From assembly GCA_964019335.1 (NCBI GenBank), contig OZ025650.1, positions 806,001-870,000 on the forward strand: 64,000 nucleotides of DNA, written 5' to 3'. Positions 25,053 to 37,483 of the stretch are shown in pieces. A model generated the notes under the pieces. The model made no database searches and was not told the DNA's origin. It worked only from the letters and a program-made list of their open reading frames with translations. Position 1 is the stretch's first letter. Each line of letters opens with the position of its first letter. A program made the translations under genes and the position numbers. This DNA is from Diplonema japonicum. Its lineage: Eukaryota; Protista; Euglenozoa: Diplonemea.

Positions 25053-26656
25053 ATGTCCACCGAGTACACCATGGAGGAGGTTGCCAAGCACAACGTGCAG
25101 GGCGACCTTTGGATTGTGATCGACGGTGATGTGTACAACCTGAGCAAGTTCGGAAAATTCCACCCTGGTGGCCACAGCGTCTTGAGGCCGTATGCTGGGA
25201 AGGACGCAAGCGAGGCCTTCTGGGGGCTGCACAGGATCGAGGTTCTGACGAAGTACCAGAACCTTAAGATCGGAAGGGTGAAGGGCGGCAAAACGTCCAT
25301 CGTCGCCACCTACGACCCCACAGACGTGTGCAAGGTCCCCTACACTGAGATCTCCTACTTCCAGGGGTTCAGGTCTCCTTACTGGGACGACTCCATGCTC
25401 GCTGTGCGTAAGTACGTGGCTGAGTTCCGTGAGAAGGAGCTGCGCCCCATCTGTGAAATGTACGAAAAAGACGGTAAGTACCCCACTGTGGAGCTCTACA
25501 AGAAGATGGGTCAGGCAGGTATCCTTGCCGCCCGTCTCGGGCCCGGCCCATGGATGAAAGACCTCAAGGCCATGGGGATCCCCGTGGTTGGCAACCTTGA
25601 GTATGTTTAAAAAGGAAAAAGAAAAAAAAAGAAGAAACAAACAGACCCGAGAAGTACAACTACTTCCACGAGTGGATGGTGCACGCGGAGATCGTGCGAT
25701 GCGGAACCCCTGCGTTCATCGGCGGTCTCGGCGATGGTCTGGTGATCGGTCTTCCCCCTGTCATGCATTTCGGAAAGGGTGAGCTGCAGAAGAGGGTTAT
25801 CAAGGAAGTCCTGACCGGTGAGAAGAGGATCTGTCTTGCCATCTCGGAGCCCTTCGCGGGGTCGGATGTTGCCAACCTGCAGACGACTGCAAAGAAGTCG
25901 CCTTGCGGGAAGTACTACATCGTGAACGGGGCGAAGAAGTGGATCACGAACGGTGCCTTCTCTGACTACTTCGTGACAGCCGTGAGGACGGGCGGCAAGG
26001 GGATGTTCGGGATCTCGATGCTCCTGATCCCCAGGTGCGAGGGGCTGAAGACCACACAAATCCCTGTCTCGTACTCATCGTGCGCAGGGACGTCCTATGT
26101 GACCTTCGAAGACGTGAAGGTGCCAGTGGAGAACCTGCTCGGGAGGCAGAACCAGGGCTTCAGGATTGTGATGTACAACTTCAACCACGAGAGGTGGGGG
26201 ATCAACGTGTTCATCCAGACAGGGATGAGGGGCATGGTTGAGGAGTGCTTCAAGTGGGCCACCCAAAGGAAGGCATTCGGCAAGCCTCTTATCTCGCAGC
26301 CTGTCGTCCGCTTCAAGCTCGCAGGCATGATCGCCCGTACTGAGGCCACACAGAACTGGCTCGAGAACATGACGTACCAAATGAACCAGATGCCTTTTGA
26401 GGAGATGTCCATCAAGCTTGCAGGGCCCCTCGCTCTCCTGAAGTACCACATGACCCGCATGGCTTGGGACATCGCTGATGATGCGACACAGCTTCTCGGC
26501 GGTAGGGGCATCACCCGCTCTGGTATGGGCCGTGGTGTGGAGGCTTACCTCAGGACTATCAAAATGGGTGCCATCCTTGGCGGGTCCGAGGAGATCATGG
26601 CAGACCTTGGTGTCAGGCAGGCGATGAGGGGCTTCCCTAAGAGCGCGAAGATGTAG
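25053..26656 (+). CDS. Cytochrome b5 domain-acyl-CoA dehydrogenase fusion; intron 25601-25644
   Basis: LWIVIDGDVYN..FHPGG heme motif; CLAISEPFAGSD, NGAKKWITNG, QRKAFGKPL, ILGGSEEIM. Confidence 0.9.
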
Positions 26657-26946
26657 ATGAAAACTTGTCGGAAAGAGAGAAAAGAAACAACGCACATAAA
26701 CAAAAAGAAAATAGAGGAATAAGAAGGCAGTGCCAGCCTGCTTGCGCGGTGGTTACAACCCTTCTTCTTCTTTTCTTTTTGCTTTCCCGTAAAAAGAGAA
26801 CAAACCTTTTCGAGGAAGGAACAGAAAGAAAAAATAAAAGCTTCTCGATTTTTTTTTTTATCTTCTTCCCCTTCCCCCTTTTTTTTTGATTTTTCTTTTC
26901 TTTTTCTTCTTGCGTTCATGATGCGATGTGATTGTGTATTCTCCTT

Positions 26947-27003
<57 letters not shown>

Positions 27004-27248
27004 CGTTCTATGCGGAGGTGGCAGTTATAAAAATGAAAAAGAAATGCCACGTCCTTCCTCTCTTCAGTTTTTATTATCCCTTTTACGGATGCCCCTTTGC
27101 CTTTTTGTTTCTGCGATTTCCAAGAAAAAGAATAAGAAGGTACATTCACTTTTGGAAAGAACCTATTCTCTTTTCTCAGTGCCTCGCCTGAAAGAAGAAG
27201 AAAAAAAAAACTTTCTCGTTTTCCTTTTCTTAATTCCCTTTTTTTAGG

Positions 27249-27279
<31 letters not shown>

Positions 27280-27593
27280 GCAAGACAGCGCCTCCTCTCC
27301 CTTTATACATTTCTCACAAAACCATTGCGAAATAGGGAGAAGAAGAAGAAGAAGAAGAAAGACAGGGTATTGAGATTACATAAAAGGACGGGATTTTTTT
27401 CTTTCCATCTTTCTCAAGGAAAAAAAGGAAAAAAAAAAAGGAAATCAAAGAAAGAGAACACTACTTACGAATACGGCACTGCTGGGAGGTAAGGGGAAGC
27501 ATCATTTTTTGAGTTTTATTTAAAATTCTATCCTATTTTCCCCCCTTCCACTCCCATTTGGCCTTTTTATTATTATTCTTCTTTCCTGATTAA

Positions 27594-27625
<32 letters not shown>

Positions 27626-27865
27626 CCACACACAACAGTAGTACACATAGATAACAAAGAAATAGTAATTGTTCGATAGGAAAGAAGTGAACGAAAAGAA
27701 AAAGAAAAAAAAAAGAAGAAAAAGCAAAGCGAAAAAGAAGAAAAAAGAAAAACCTAAGGTCCCGAATAGTACAGGTGGCCTGTTCTGTGTGTGTTCCCTT
27801 GCCATTGCTGTCCGACACCGTCTTTTAGAATTTTCTCCCGGGGCGCTTCTGAGGGGGGTGGTGCG

Positions 27866-28453
27866 ATGACCACAAGCACAACGGGGCCTGTCAATGTGCA
27901 GCATGCACCTGCAGTGCCACGGCAAATAATGCAAATGCCTGCTCCCGGGCAGTTGGCGGCACCACCGCCGTTCTTCAACCAGGCGGCACCGCAGGACCAA
28001 GGGGCCAGTGCGCAGAGTGCACAGAGCGGCTTCAGTGACTCTGGATGGAGCCACATCAGCACCGATAGTACTAGCAGTGATATTGGTGGTGTTCCGCCAT
28101 TGTGGCCACCAGTCCCACCGCCTCTCCCTGCAGCCTTCCCTGGTGTGGGAAGCAACCAAAGTGGGTCGCCCCGCCCACCCCCCAGCTACTCTACACTTGT
28201 CCAGTCGGAGCAGAACACCGTCCATCCACAGTTCGCTCAGCAGCAGCAGCAGCGGCAACAGCAGCAACCCATGCCTCCAACCTTTGCGTCCCAGCAGCCA
28301 CAACAACACCAGCAGCAACAACACCACCATCACCAGCAACAGCAACACCAACACCAGCAGCAACAGCAACAGCCCGCGTCTCAGCAAGCGAGACAGCCCA
28401 TCTCCGTCACCTTTGTTGCCCAATCTCAGCAGGTCCGACAGCAACAGCAACAG

Positions 28454-28490
<37 letters not shown>

Positions 28491-29487
28491 CCGCGCAGTC
28501 CCAGCAGCAGCAACCTCAGCAGCAGCAGCAGCAGCAACAGCAAGACTCAAACGTTGATCAGAAATACGTCTGCAGGCACTTTGTGAAGGGCCGCTGCACA
28601 TGGGGCCCTGAATGCAGGTTTTATCATCCTCCCTCTGATAAGGTGGGGACCCCGCCTCAACAGCCGCAGCAGCTCAGCGGTGTGAACATGACACCTCCCC
28701 AGCCCTCATTGGTGCAGCCAGGCATGAGGCTCCCCCCAAGAGCACCTCAGCAGCAGCTCCCTGTGATGGAGTTCGCACAGGTATTTTGGAAAATATTCGC
28801 GTTACAATATTACAGTTATCGCTGAACGCGCAAGGGCAGACGCAGCAGATGGTGCCCATGCAGCAGCAGGTGTTGGTACAGAACATGCAGCCGATGCAAC
28901 AAGGAGGCCAGCAGCAGGGGGCGTTCCAAGTGTTCAGGGGTTATTCCCGGGATGAGCAGCAACAACAACACGTGCAGCAGCAACCGCAGTTTGTTCAACA
29001 GCACCACCAGCAGATGGTGCCCATACAGCAGATGGTGCCACAGGCCATGCAGCAAGAGGGGCTCAACGTGCTGCTGAAGTACAGCCCCGCACCGCAAGGG
29101 GTGAGCAACGATGACCACGAGCAGAGGAAGCAGTTGCAGATAATCTCTGACAGGGCACCCATAATGAAGGCGGCTCTGGGCAAGGCCTACTCCATGAACC
29201 TGTCGGAGAACGGGTACGAGTTCACATTAAACAACAGGAACAATGCTGTTTTTGTTCTTGACAAGCTGCTGGAGGGCAATGCCCTTGCTCAAGCTCTTTC
29301 AGAGGCAGAACGCCAGCCTGATATCAACAAAGGTGGCCTCTACGGCCTCCTCTCAGATGAGACCATTTTCTGGTCTGCAATTCAGTCCTGGCACACTAAG
29401 AAAACAGCTTTCTCCCCTAAATGGGACGAGTTGTTGCAACGGGCTTCTGGTGGTATGGGTTATAAGGGGGGGAAAAAAGGGAAATAA
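27866..29487 (+). CDS. Q/P-rich CCCH zinc-finger protein; intron 28781-28815
   Basis: CRHFVKGRCTWGPECRFYH (C-x7-C-x5-C-x3-H); polyQ tracts; start codon uncertain. Confidence 0.75.
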
Positions 29488-29749
29488 AATTTTTTTTAGA
29501 TGATCTTGATTGCCCTTTCGGAATGTTCTGCAAGATTGCCCATTGCACTTTTAAGCACGCGCACCAAAATTGATTCCAGTTTTTTTTTTAAAAAAAAGGA
29601 ATGAAACCATCAAAAAAAAAAAATTAGATAGAGATTCCCCTACTTTTAACGCCCCCTCCCCCCTTTTTTTTTAAAAAAAATGAAAGTAATTGAACGAAAG
29701 TATCAGAAAATAATTGGGGGGGTTTTTTTTTAATAAAAAGGTAATTTAA

Positions 29750-31576
29750 CCATCTACCAACGGACCATTTTTGCCCACCAGGGGGTAAATTTTCAAAACT
29801 TCAAAAAAAAAACTATTCTAGCGCAACGCCGGGGCTATATGCCCCCGGAAATGCCTCCAGATGTCCCAATTCTAGAGAGAGGGTGCCCACAGCAGGGCCC
29901 ACCCCCACAACATTGTCAAAAATATCGTTCCCGAAGTGCTCGAGAGGGGGTACAAAAAACAAGTCAAAAAAAACCGACTGTAAAATTCTATAAAAAGCTA
30001 TTTAAGGCCTTCTTGACGCGGTTCGTACGTGCAAGTATTTTCGTACTTGTTAGATAAATCTCTGGCAAATGCTCGGCTTGTTTGGAAAGAAGCATTGCCC
30101 CCAACACCCTGAGTACGAACGACAGTGGATTCACGCCTTTCAAAGAGGCAGTCATCGAAGGGCTACTAGGGAGGCTGCCCAAACAACAGCTAAAGTCAAC
30201 TACAGAGCAGGCTGCCCCAATACCATGCCCCGAAACACAGAACGAGTGCCCTGAGGCCCCAATGCGACGCGACTGTACCTTCTGGGACCATTTCCCCGAA
30301 AAGGTAGCGCAACGTGCGGTGCAAGCATTGCAAGTCGAAAAGACCCCTATTTCAGTGTTCAGCCTGCTTGGTACAACTTTGCGTGACTCCGGACTTCAAA
30401 GACTACCACCTTGCCGGGGATACCCCCCAGAAACCCCTCTCGGGGTCAAAAAAGAAGTCCCCCAGCCCTGGGGCAGGGGCCACTTCGAAGTCATAAGGGT
30501 GCGTTTATGGCGTTTTGTCACAGCGTCACCCAGCGTCGGTTCCGCCCATTGCGGTGTTGTAAATATGCACTTGGTGGGGAGCGGGATGTCCTTTCCGGAG
30601 GGCCTCCGGCTTTCATTCTCTTTTGGCCGACACGCCAAATTTGACTTCACCAGAACATCCAACGTCGACAGAAAGCGCACAGGCTTGATGGCATGCCACG
30701 TTGTGGTGCAAAGGATGCTCACGTGCTGGTGGAAGAACTGGGTGTCTCCACAGGGTGCGCGTCCTTGGGCTTGCGGCCTCGCTTCTTTGGGGCATCCGTG
30801 ATCTCCGGGAGGCCTTTGCGATAGGTAGAAGTCAGCACGCTTGTTTGTTTCGCTGTGGAAACACAGATTTCCCAGAATAGTCAAAAAGCGGTCTCTTGAC
30901 ATGACGGTGGCGTACCTAGGGGGTGTGGTTGAGAGGCGTGGAGCCAGTGCGCCAGTAGTCAGAATAATCTGGCTTGATATCCAAGTCCATCGACAAAAGG
31001 GCACCTAGGAAGGTATGCAGAGAAGCAGCATCGAGATCCAGGGAAACACCTTTTTTAGCTGCATTTGCCACATTGTTCGAAGTTATGACCCGAATAACGT
31101 TTGGGACGAGCATTTGGGAGAATATATGGTATGGCGTTGAGCCTCTGATGTCAAAACAGGGTCCACAAGGATTCCGATCTTCACGAAACCGGATGCCTTC
31201 CAACTGCTCCGGCTTTGCCGTCCAATCACCCTGCTGTGACTCGGAATCGGTCGAATTCGAATCAGAATCACTGTTCGTATCAAAATTGCATAATAGGGAT
31301 GAGCCATCAGTGCTACCATCACTCATAATGTCCTCTTCCGGCCTCTTTCTGGGTGCTCTTTTTTTTGAAGTGATTTTTAAGGGTAAATGGGCTGGCGTTT
31401 TTTTTTTTATTTTTTCATTTTCTTGCAAAGTTAGGGCAGCATTTAGTTTATATTTTTCATATTTTCCGCGCAGGACCCCGGATGCGAGAAGTGTCCGGGC
31501 TGTATTGCATTGAAAGCCCTTTGCGCAAAAGATTTTTTTTCAAATCGTCTCTATAAAGACGCTCGTTGGTAGATGG
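29750..31576 (-). mobile_element. Defective piggyBac DNA transposon
   Basis: TTAA on both flanks (29746-29749, 31577-31580), 13-bp TIR CCATCTACCAACG; transposase remnants MSRDRF, W..KPVRFLST, YNTAMGGTD and a Cys-rich tail. Confidence 0.9.
29988..31326 (-). pseudogene. piggyBac transposase pseudogene (frameshifts, apparent core deletion, 30026-30479 inverted)
   Basis: N-terminal and central motifs on the - strand; YVQVFSYLLD..NARLVW and CKHC..CSACLVQLC on the + strand. Confidence 0.85.
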
Positions 31577-33730
31577 TTAAGAAATTGAGAAGGCATGGGG
31601 AGGAGTGGGTGGGGGGAGGGGAGTGTTCAAAGAGTGATACACCTTATTTACACTAGCTTTTCTTTTCAGTTTGCAGGGTGTTTTGTATACAAGAAAAAAA
31701 AAAAAAAAAAAAAAAAACACAAAAGAAAAAAAGAGAATAAAAATGGTGCAATGTTCACCCAGACTAGATTTTTTTTTAACTGTCCTGTAAACCTCTTTTT
31801 GGGAGAAAAAAAGAGAGGTTTATAGTGTGTGTGTTCCCCCCTCTTTTTTTTTTTCCCCCCTCTTCTCTTGGTGGTCATTTCTAGCATCATCATGTTGATC
31901 TTTCCCCCACCCCCGCCCCCCCCCTTTTTTTTGAAGCGACACAGTATGCAAAGAGGAAGAACGAAACAAAAAAAATAGTTTTTTTTTTTTATAACCCCCC
32001 TTTTATTTTACCAGTTATCGATTGGGCTGTGGGAAAATGCAAGGGTTTTGAAGAACACCAGCACCGGCAACACAGCCTCCTGCCTAATAGAGCGAGTTTT
32101 ACCTCCCCCCTTTTTTTTTATACTTCCCTCCCTTTTTCTTGTACATACTCCTTTATGCCCTTCCCTTCCCTCCTTCCCTACAAAATGATGGGCATTGAAT
32201 AACAGGGGACAACTGATGGTATATGGGATACGTGGGAAAAAAAAGGGGGGTTTTTTTTTTCTCTCTCTTGTGAATAGTGGAAGGAAAAAAAAATGAAAAG
32301 AAAACGATATTTTGCCCCCCCCCCCCATACTAGGCAAAAAAAAGAAAAGAAGATATTCGTTGTCCTTATTGAAAGGCGAGAGGGTGTTGCGTTTCCGTTG
32401 AGAATTTTTTTTTAAAGGGCTGACGTGTAATGCACGATTTCTTGCCACGTGGCTAATAATGAAGTGGGTTGGTAATTCTTTTTTTTTCTCTCTTTTTTTT
32501 CTTTTTTTTTTTCTTCTTTTTCGCATGAGTCTTTCCAGTCAACCTCAGACTGTGTGATTAGAACCCACCTGATCGCCCTGTCCCCTTTATTTTTATTTTA
32601 TTTTATTATTACGGTAAACCTCAAGACTCCCCAAGGAATAATTTTGCCCTCCCTTTTTTTCCCTGGGGTGTGTGAGGACACTGTTGAGTGGCGAGGCAAA
32701 AAAAAAAAACCTGTTAGGTTTGTTCAAGGGGGCTCAGGTATTCTAAATTAAAAAAAAAAAAAAAATAGGGGATTGAATTTGTGCATTTCTTAACCTATGT
32801 CTTCCCCTCCCCTTTTTTTTTACAGTAATTTTTTTTTCTTCTCTCCCGCCACTTGCTATTTATTTCCCTCCTACAAGTACAGTCGAGCAGCGTAATCAGT
32901 ACTTCTAAAGGAAAATGTCTTCAATTTTCCCTCCCTCTCCCTCAATCCGGGAGGGAAAAGAAAAAAAAAAGAAGAAGAAGAAGAAAAACCAACAAAGTTT
33001 CTTAAATTCTTGCCCCCCTCCCCACTGTTTTATTATTTTTTTTTTCTTGCCAAGAATCACGCACATTTCCCCCCATATGATTCCCTTTTTTCTTTTTTCT
33101 TCTTGTCCTCTTTTCCGTGTACGGATAGGGGCAAGGTTTCGTGAGGGGGGGGGGGGGGGGCGTGAGGTCGGGGCGAAAAGAAGAAAAAAAGAAGAAGAAA
33201 AAGCAAACGACTATTAGAAGAAAACAAAGAGAGGGAAATACAAAAGAGAAAGAGAGTGTGTAGCCGAGAGTTCCAACTTGCTGTCAAGTCTCCCCCTCTC
33301 CCTCCGTAAGTGGAAGAGAGAAGTGACTGTCCTACTTTTCATTCTTCTAAAAGAAAAAAAAAATAATAATGCCTACCTCCCCTGGTCCCTCTCTCGCTGC
33401 CCCGTCCACCTAAGGGAAAAAAAGCAACAACAGCAACTACAACATTTCTTTTTAAAGGGTTTATGTGGGGGTGAGGGGAACTGTTTTAAAAAACAAAAAC
33501 AAAAAAATCCCAACAACAAAAAAAAAAAAAAATTTCCCCTTTCCCACTTTTTCCTTTTTTTTTTTTTTTCTCACCACTTCCCATGTCCCTTCTAATTCTG
33601 TTCTTTTTTCTCTTCATAAAAGTTCATTTTTTTTTTAATATTGCTGCTTACTGTTTTTTTTTTTTTTCCCACACACCCAGCACAGAATGTAGAGCAAAAA
33701 AGAAGAAGAAAAAAAAAGAAGAAGGGTGGC

Positions 33731-34930
33731 ATGGGATGCCTCGCGTTGCTGCTGAACTGGTGGGACAACGGCTGGCGAAACCTCACAAAGCAGTTGCAAG
33801 GGACCTTTGGAATCAAGTTGTTCATGAAAGCGGAGTGCGAAGAAACAGGACCGCCACAGACGGCTTCAGACATTGTGAAACAATACCAGATGATGACGGT
33901 CGACAACTGGTCGGTAGATTGCCTTGCAGAGTGGTCGAAGTTTTGTAGAGAAGAGATCGAACAAGCATCCTCAGTGTACGATGCCCTGGAGGCAGATTTC
34001 AGCGGCGGGTCGTTGGCGTATCAAGTGCTGTCACGAAGCGGGATAGCACCACATGTTGTCAGAGTACTGTGCACGACTTTGCGACCGAATGAAAATATCA
34101 ACTTCCCTGTTTTGATGGCTATCATTGCAACCTTTGACAGAGGAACGGCCGCAGAACAGCTCTCATTCATTTTCTCCATGTTTGACTACGATGGTTCGGG
34201 TACGCTCTCAATGGAGGAGATCGCAGAGGTCATCACGCTGTCCACACGTGACGAGTTCACGGAGCAGGAGTTGGACAGGGTTGTCGAGGAGATCTTCAAA
34301 GAAGCTGATACCGACGGTGATGGTGAGATCCAGTTCGTCGAGTTCATTGAAGTATTCCCCATGTTGTGCTCGTTGCTCAACATCCCTGAGGAAGGAGGGC
34401 GCTTCAGCGACTCTGATGATGAGTTATGGTGCTCCCAAACCGAAGAGACGCGCAGTAGTGGCCTGACTGTGCTACCGTCACCATCACCATCACCGTGTAA
34501 CACCGCTTCCTTGTGTTCCCCCATCACCAAACGGCATCACTCCTTCCTGTCCAACAACGAAAAAACACCGTCCCTCGCAAGCCCCGCCAGCGTGAAGTCC
34601 TTCACGTTGCGGAGCAACTTTATGTCTGAACAGCAGCAATCCCGCATCTTACGCACAGTTACAAGAAACCGTCTTAAGCAAAAGGAAGAGGGCTTCATCC
34701 TCGGCGGCGCCCTCAACGCCACATGTGCGATCCTCCAACAGGAGTTCGACACCACAAAGCTCTTCTCTGATCTGGTTGAAGACGTCACGTCGGTTTCGAC
34801 ATGTTCAGGTGAAGGTGACGATTCGTATGAAGCCCATTCGGGCGATGCGACCTCCCCCGTGCACGCCTGGACCGCTGATGATATGAACATTTCTACGGAA
34901 TGGAAGATTGTAGTGAATTCGGAGTGTTAG
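33731..34930 (+). CDS. EF-hand protein (calcineurin-B/NCS-like) with MGC N-terminus
   Basis: DYDGSGTLSMEE and DTDGDGEIQFVE EF loops; G2/C3 acylation-type start. Confidence 0.8.
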   Translation: MGCLALLLNWWDNGWRNLTKQLQGTFGIKLFMKAECEETGPPQTASDIVKQYQMMTVDNWSVDCLAEWSKFCREEIEQASSVYDALEADFSGGSLAYQVLSRSGIAPHVVRVLCTTLRPNENINFPVLMAIIATFDRGTAAEQLSFIFSMFDYDGSGTLSMEEIAEVITLSTRDEFTEQELDRVVEEIFKEADTDGDGEIQFVEFIEVFPMLCSLLNIPEEGGRFSDSDDELWCSQTEETRSSGLTVLPSPSPSPCNTASLCSPITKRHHSFLSNNEKTPSLASPASVKSFTLRSNFMSEQQQSRILRTVTRNRLKQKEEGFILGGALNATCAILQQEFDTTKLFSDLVEDVTSVSTCSGEGDDSYEAHSGDATSPVHAWTADDMNISTEWKIVVNSEC

Positions 34931-35134
34931 GCCGGGGGGCGCAAGAGCGAAAGATGAAAAAATCCTTTGTTTTCACAAAGAAACCTTTCCCCGTACAGTA
35001 TTCGTATCTGTTCTTTTTTTTTTTTTAGAGGCAACTTCATTCTTCTTTTTTTCCCTTCTCTTTTCCTTGTTGATATCCGACCATACAGTGACTTTTTTTT
35101 TTGCTTTTTCTCCTCTCTGTATGTCCACTACACG

Positions 35135-37402
35135 ATGGTACTGAAGGTGTTGCTCATGATGCTTACGGGTGAGCTGGTCAAGGGACACACCATTGTTTTT
35201 GTCGAGGACAGAGCCGCGGTGAACGTGGAGAGCAGTGGCAGTGAAACATGGCAAAGCTACGTAGAAAGCGTGGATAAAAAAGCGAGAAAAACAGCAGAGA
35301 ACATACTAGGAATGTCCTTGCGGCCTTTCAATGTGGTCTCTGTGGATGAACGGATCATGGAGGAGGTGACAGCCGCGGTGGACAGGGACGGTGTGGTGGG
35401 GGTAGTAGGGGCGAGGTCTAATGAAGCATCAGAACTACTCTCATTTTACCTTCGCTGGCGAGGGGTGCCTATGATTAGTCATGGTTCTGAATGGTTCCCT
35501 AAGGCGCTGGATCAATCTCTGCATGAACTGTTTTATAGAACAGGTCCTGAAGCTTCTTTTACATCGCGCGTTGTATCATACTTCGTCCATTCCATCGGGT
35601 GGCAGACTGTAGGCATCCTCCATAGTCACACTTCGGTCCACTCCGCAGGACATATTTCATCGAGCCTCTTCAGGCAGGGTGTTGAGGTGTCCTATACAGG
35701 TCAGTTCGTGGCGAACACTGTCGACAACATCAAGCCGCTTTTAAGGGAGTTGCGAGACTCCGGTGCTAAGGTGATCCTCGTGGTGACCTCAGATGTTTCG
35801 GAATGCGCACAATGGAAAGTACAGCACCAGTCCCTGGAGATGACTGAGGAGAATGGTTTTTTTTGGATAGGCGCCTGTACATCGAACAAAGTCGGGCGGC
35901 CCTTTCTGTTCGAGACCTCCACAAACATGGACCATGCTGTTGACGCTTTCACCGCATTCTACTTAGCAGTACACAATGTGGAGCGCAAAGGCTTCATGCC
36001 AAGAGGAGATGCTTTCTCTGGGGAACTTCAAAACCTGAACTTCACAACCTCGCAAGGCAAAGCATGCAGCTTCAACGCAAAAGGCGACAGAGAGTCAGGA
36101 TTCACATACGAAGTTGGATATTCCGATTCAGAAAGCTCTTGGGTACCTGTGGGAGAGTATACCATCATGAAAGGCGAAATCAAGGACACTGTAGACGTGT
36201 CAAAACTCAGATGGGGTTCAGGGCTGACTGAAGCCCCACCCAGCGACAGGGACTTCCCGAGGAGTTCTCCTGTGGTTTGGCCGTGGTTAATCGTAATTGG
36301 AGTCGTGGCGGTGGTGGGTGTTGGTGTGCTGGTCCGTGTAGTGTACGGGAAGTGTCAGTATGATAAGCTGTACGACACCAATGGGCTGCTGGAGGAGTAC
36401 GCTGTGGCTGTTGCGGAGATGGACGTGGACAAGATCGAGTCTTTGAGATTGGAAGAGATAAAGAACCCTACAACAGCTCACACCGCACTCCTCGACATAA
36501 GGGACGTCTTGGTCCAGTACAAGGCACTACTCCCGCAGGAAATAGTGGTGCCACAACCTTCCCCACCAGACGATTCGTTAAATATCAATGTCTCACCTCC
36601 ACCATTGAGTGTGGACCGAGATCGATTGCCGTCCACAAGCCCCTTACCGATATGCTTCAACATTTATCTACACAAAGCGAAATACTCGGTGGTGAACTGC
36701 ATCGTATCGCACTCCTTGGATGCGTGCACTCCAGCCGTGCAGCAACTGGAACTACATGAGATCGCCTCAGTGCTCCACACCGTAGGGGTGTCAGGGTTGG
36801 GTGCTGTCTCGATCTCTGCCTACGACAGGTCCATCATGATAACCTGGAACGCGTCGGGTTTGAAGGCTGCAGTGCCGAATGCAGGTGATGCCGCTGCACT
36901 GTCAGTTCAGCCTATTTTAAAACGGATGCATGATAACAAGACGACAGTGCCTATTGGAATAGGTCTAGGTTACGGTGTGGGTTTGGCTGGGACTATAGGA
37001 ATATCGGCAATAAGACAATTCAACATAAATGGACCTCCAGCGAAAATGGCAGTGGCCTTGAGTCTAGCTTCCTTGGCTCTGCGGACTACACATCTCATAC
37101 CACCCGACTTCGAGACCGCCTGCAACCGTTGCGTCTGCAGTGTATTCGATTTCATCAGCCTCCAATGCCCCTTGCTGCCCACCAAGCCGTTCCTCGTTTA
37201 TGAGACCCGTGGGCGCCGTGAATTAGCTGACTGGGCGCACCAGGACGTTTCCAACTTTATCGTTCTATGGAAGCTTTTACAAGCCAATGATTTCCCCTCC
37301 CTCGATACGTTGCCTCGCGATGTACCTGAAAACCTTGTCGCAGCTGTGACCAGGAAAGGACCTCGTTTATGCGGGGTGTATTACACAAATATGTCTTGGT
37401 AG
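35135..37402 (+). CDS. Receptor-type protein: periplasmic-binding (ANF-receptor-like) ectodomain, TM helix, degenerate class III nucleotide cyclase
   Basis: GVVGVVGA..GVPMISHG..FYRTGP..IGWQTVGIL; TM VVWPWLIVIGVVAVVGVGVLV; IGIGLGYG..AGTIG..FNINGP. Confidence 0.7.
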   Translation: MVLKVLLMMLTGELVKGHTIVFVEDRAAVNVESSGSETWQSYVESVDKKARKTAENILGMSLRPFNVVSVDERIMEEVTAAVDRDGVVGVVGARSNEASELLSFYLRWRGVPMISHGSEWFPKALDQSLHELFYRTGPEASFTSRVVSYFVHSIGWQTVGILHSHTSVHSAGHISSSLFRQGVEVSYTGQFVANTVDNIKPLLRELRDSGAKVILVVTSDVSECAQWKVQHQSLEMTEENGFFWIGACTSNKVGRPFLFETSTNMDHAVDAFTAFYLAVHNVERKGFMPRGDAFSGELQNLNFTTSQGKACSFNAKGDRESGFTYEVGYSDSESSWVPVGEYTIMKGEIKDTVDVSKLRWGSGLTEAPPSDRDFPRSSPVVWPWLIVIGVVAVVGVGVLVRVVYGKCQYDKLYDTNGLLEEYAVAVAEMDVDKIESLRLEEIKNPTTAHTALLDIRDVLVQYKALLPQEIVVPQPSPPDDSLNINVSPPPLSVDRDRLPSTSPLPICFNIYLHKAKYSVVNCIVSHSLDACTPAVQQLELHEIASVLHTVGVSGLGAVSISAYDRSIMITWNASGLKAAVPNAGDAAALSVQPILKRMHDNKTTVPIGIGLGYGVGLAGTIGISAIRQFNINGPPAKMAVALSLASLALRTTHLIPPDFETACNRCVCSVFDFISLQCPLLPTKPFLVYETRGRRELADWAHQDVSNFIVLWKLLQANDFPSLDTLPRDVPENLVAAVTRKGPRLCGVYYTNMSW

Positions 37403-37483
37403 AAAGAGTCGTTTGTCCTGTTGGAAGAAAAAAAGAAGAAAAAAAAAAAAAAGAGAAAAAAAAAAAGGAAAGGGTCAAGATAA

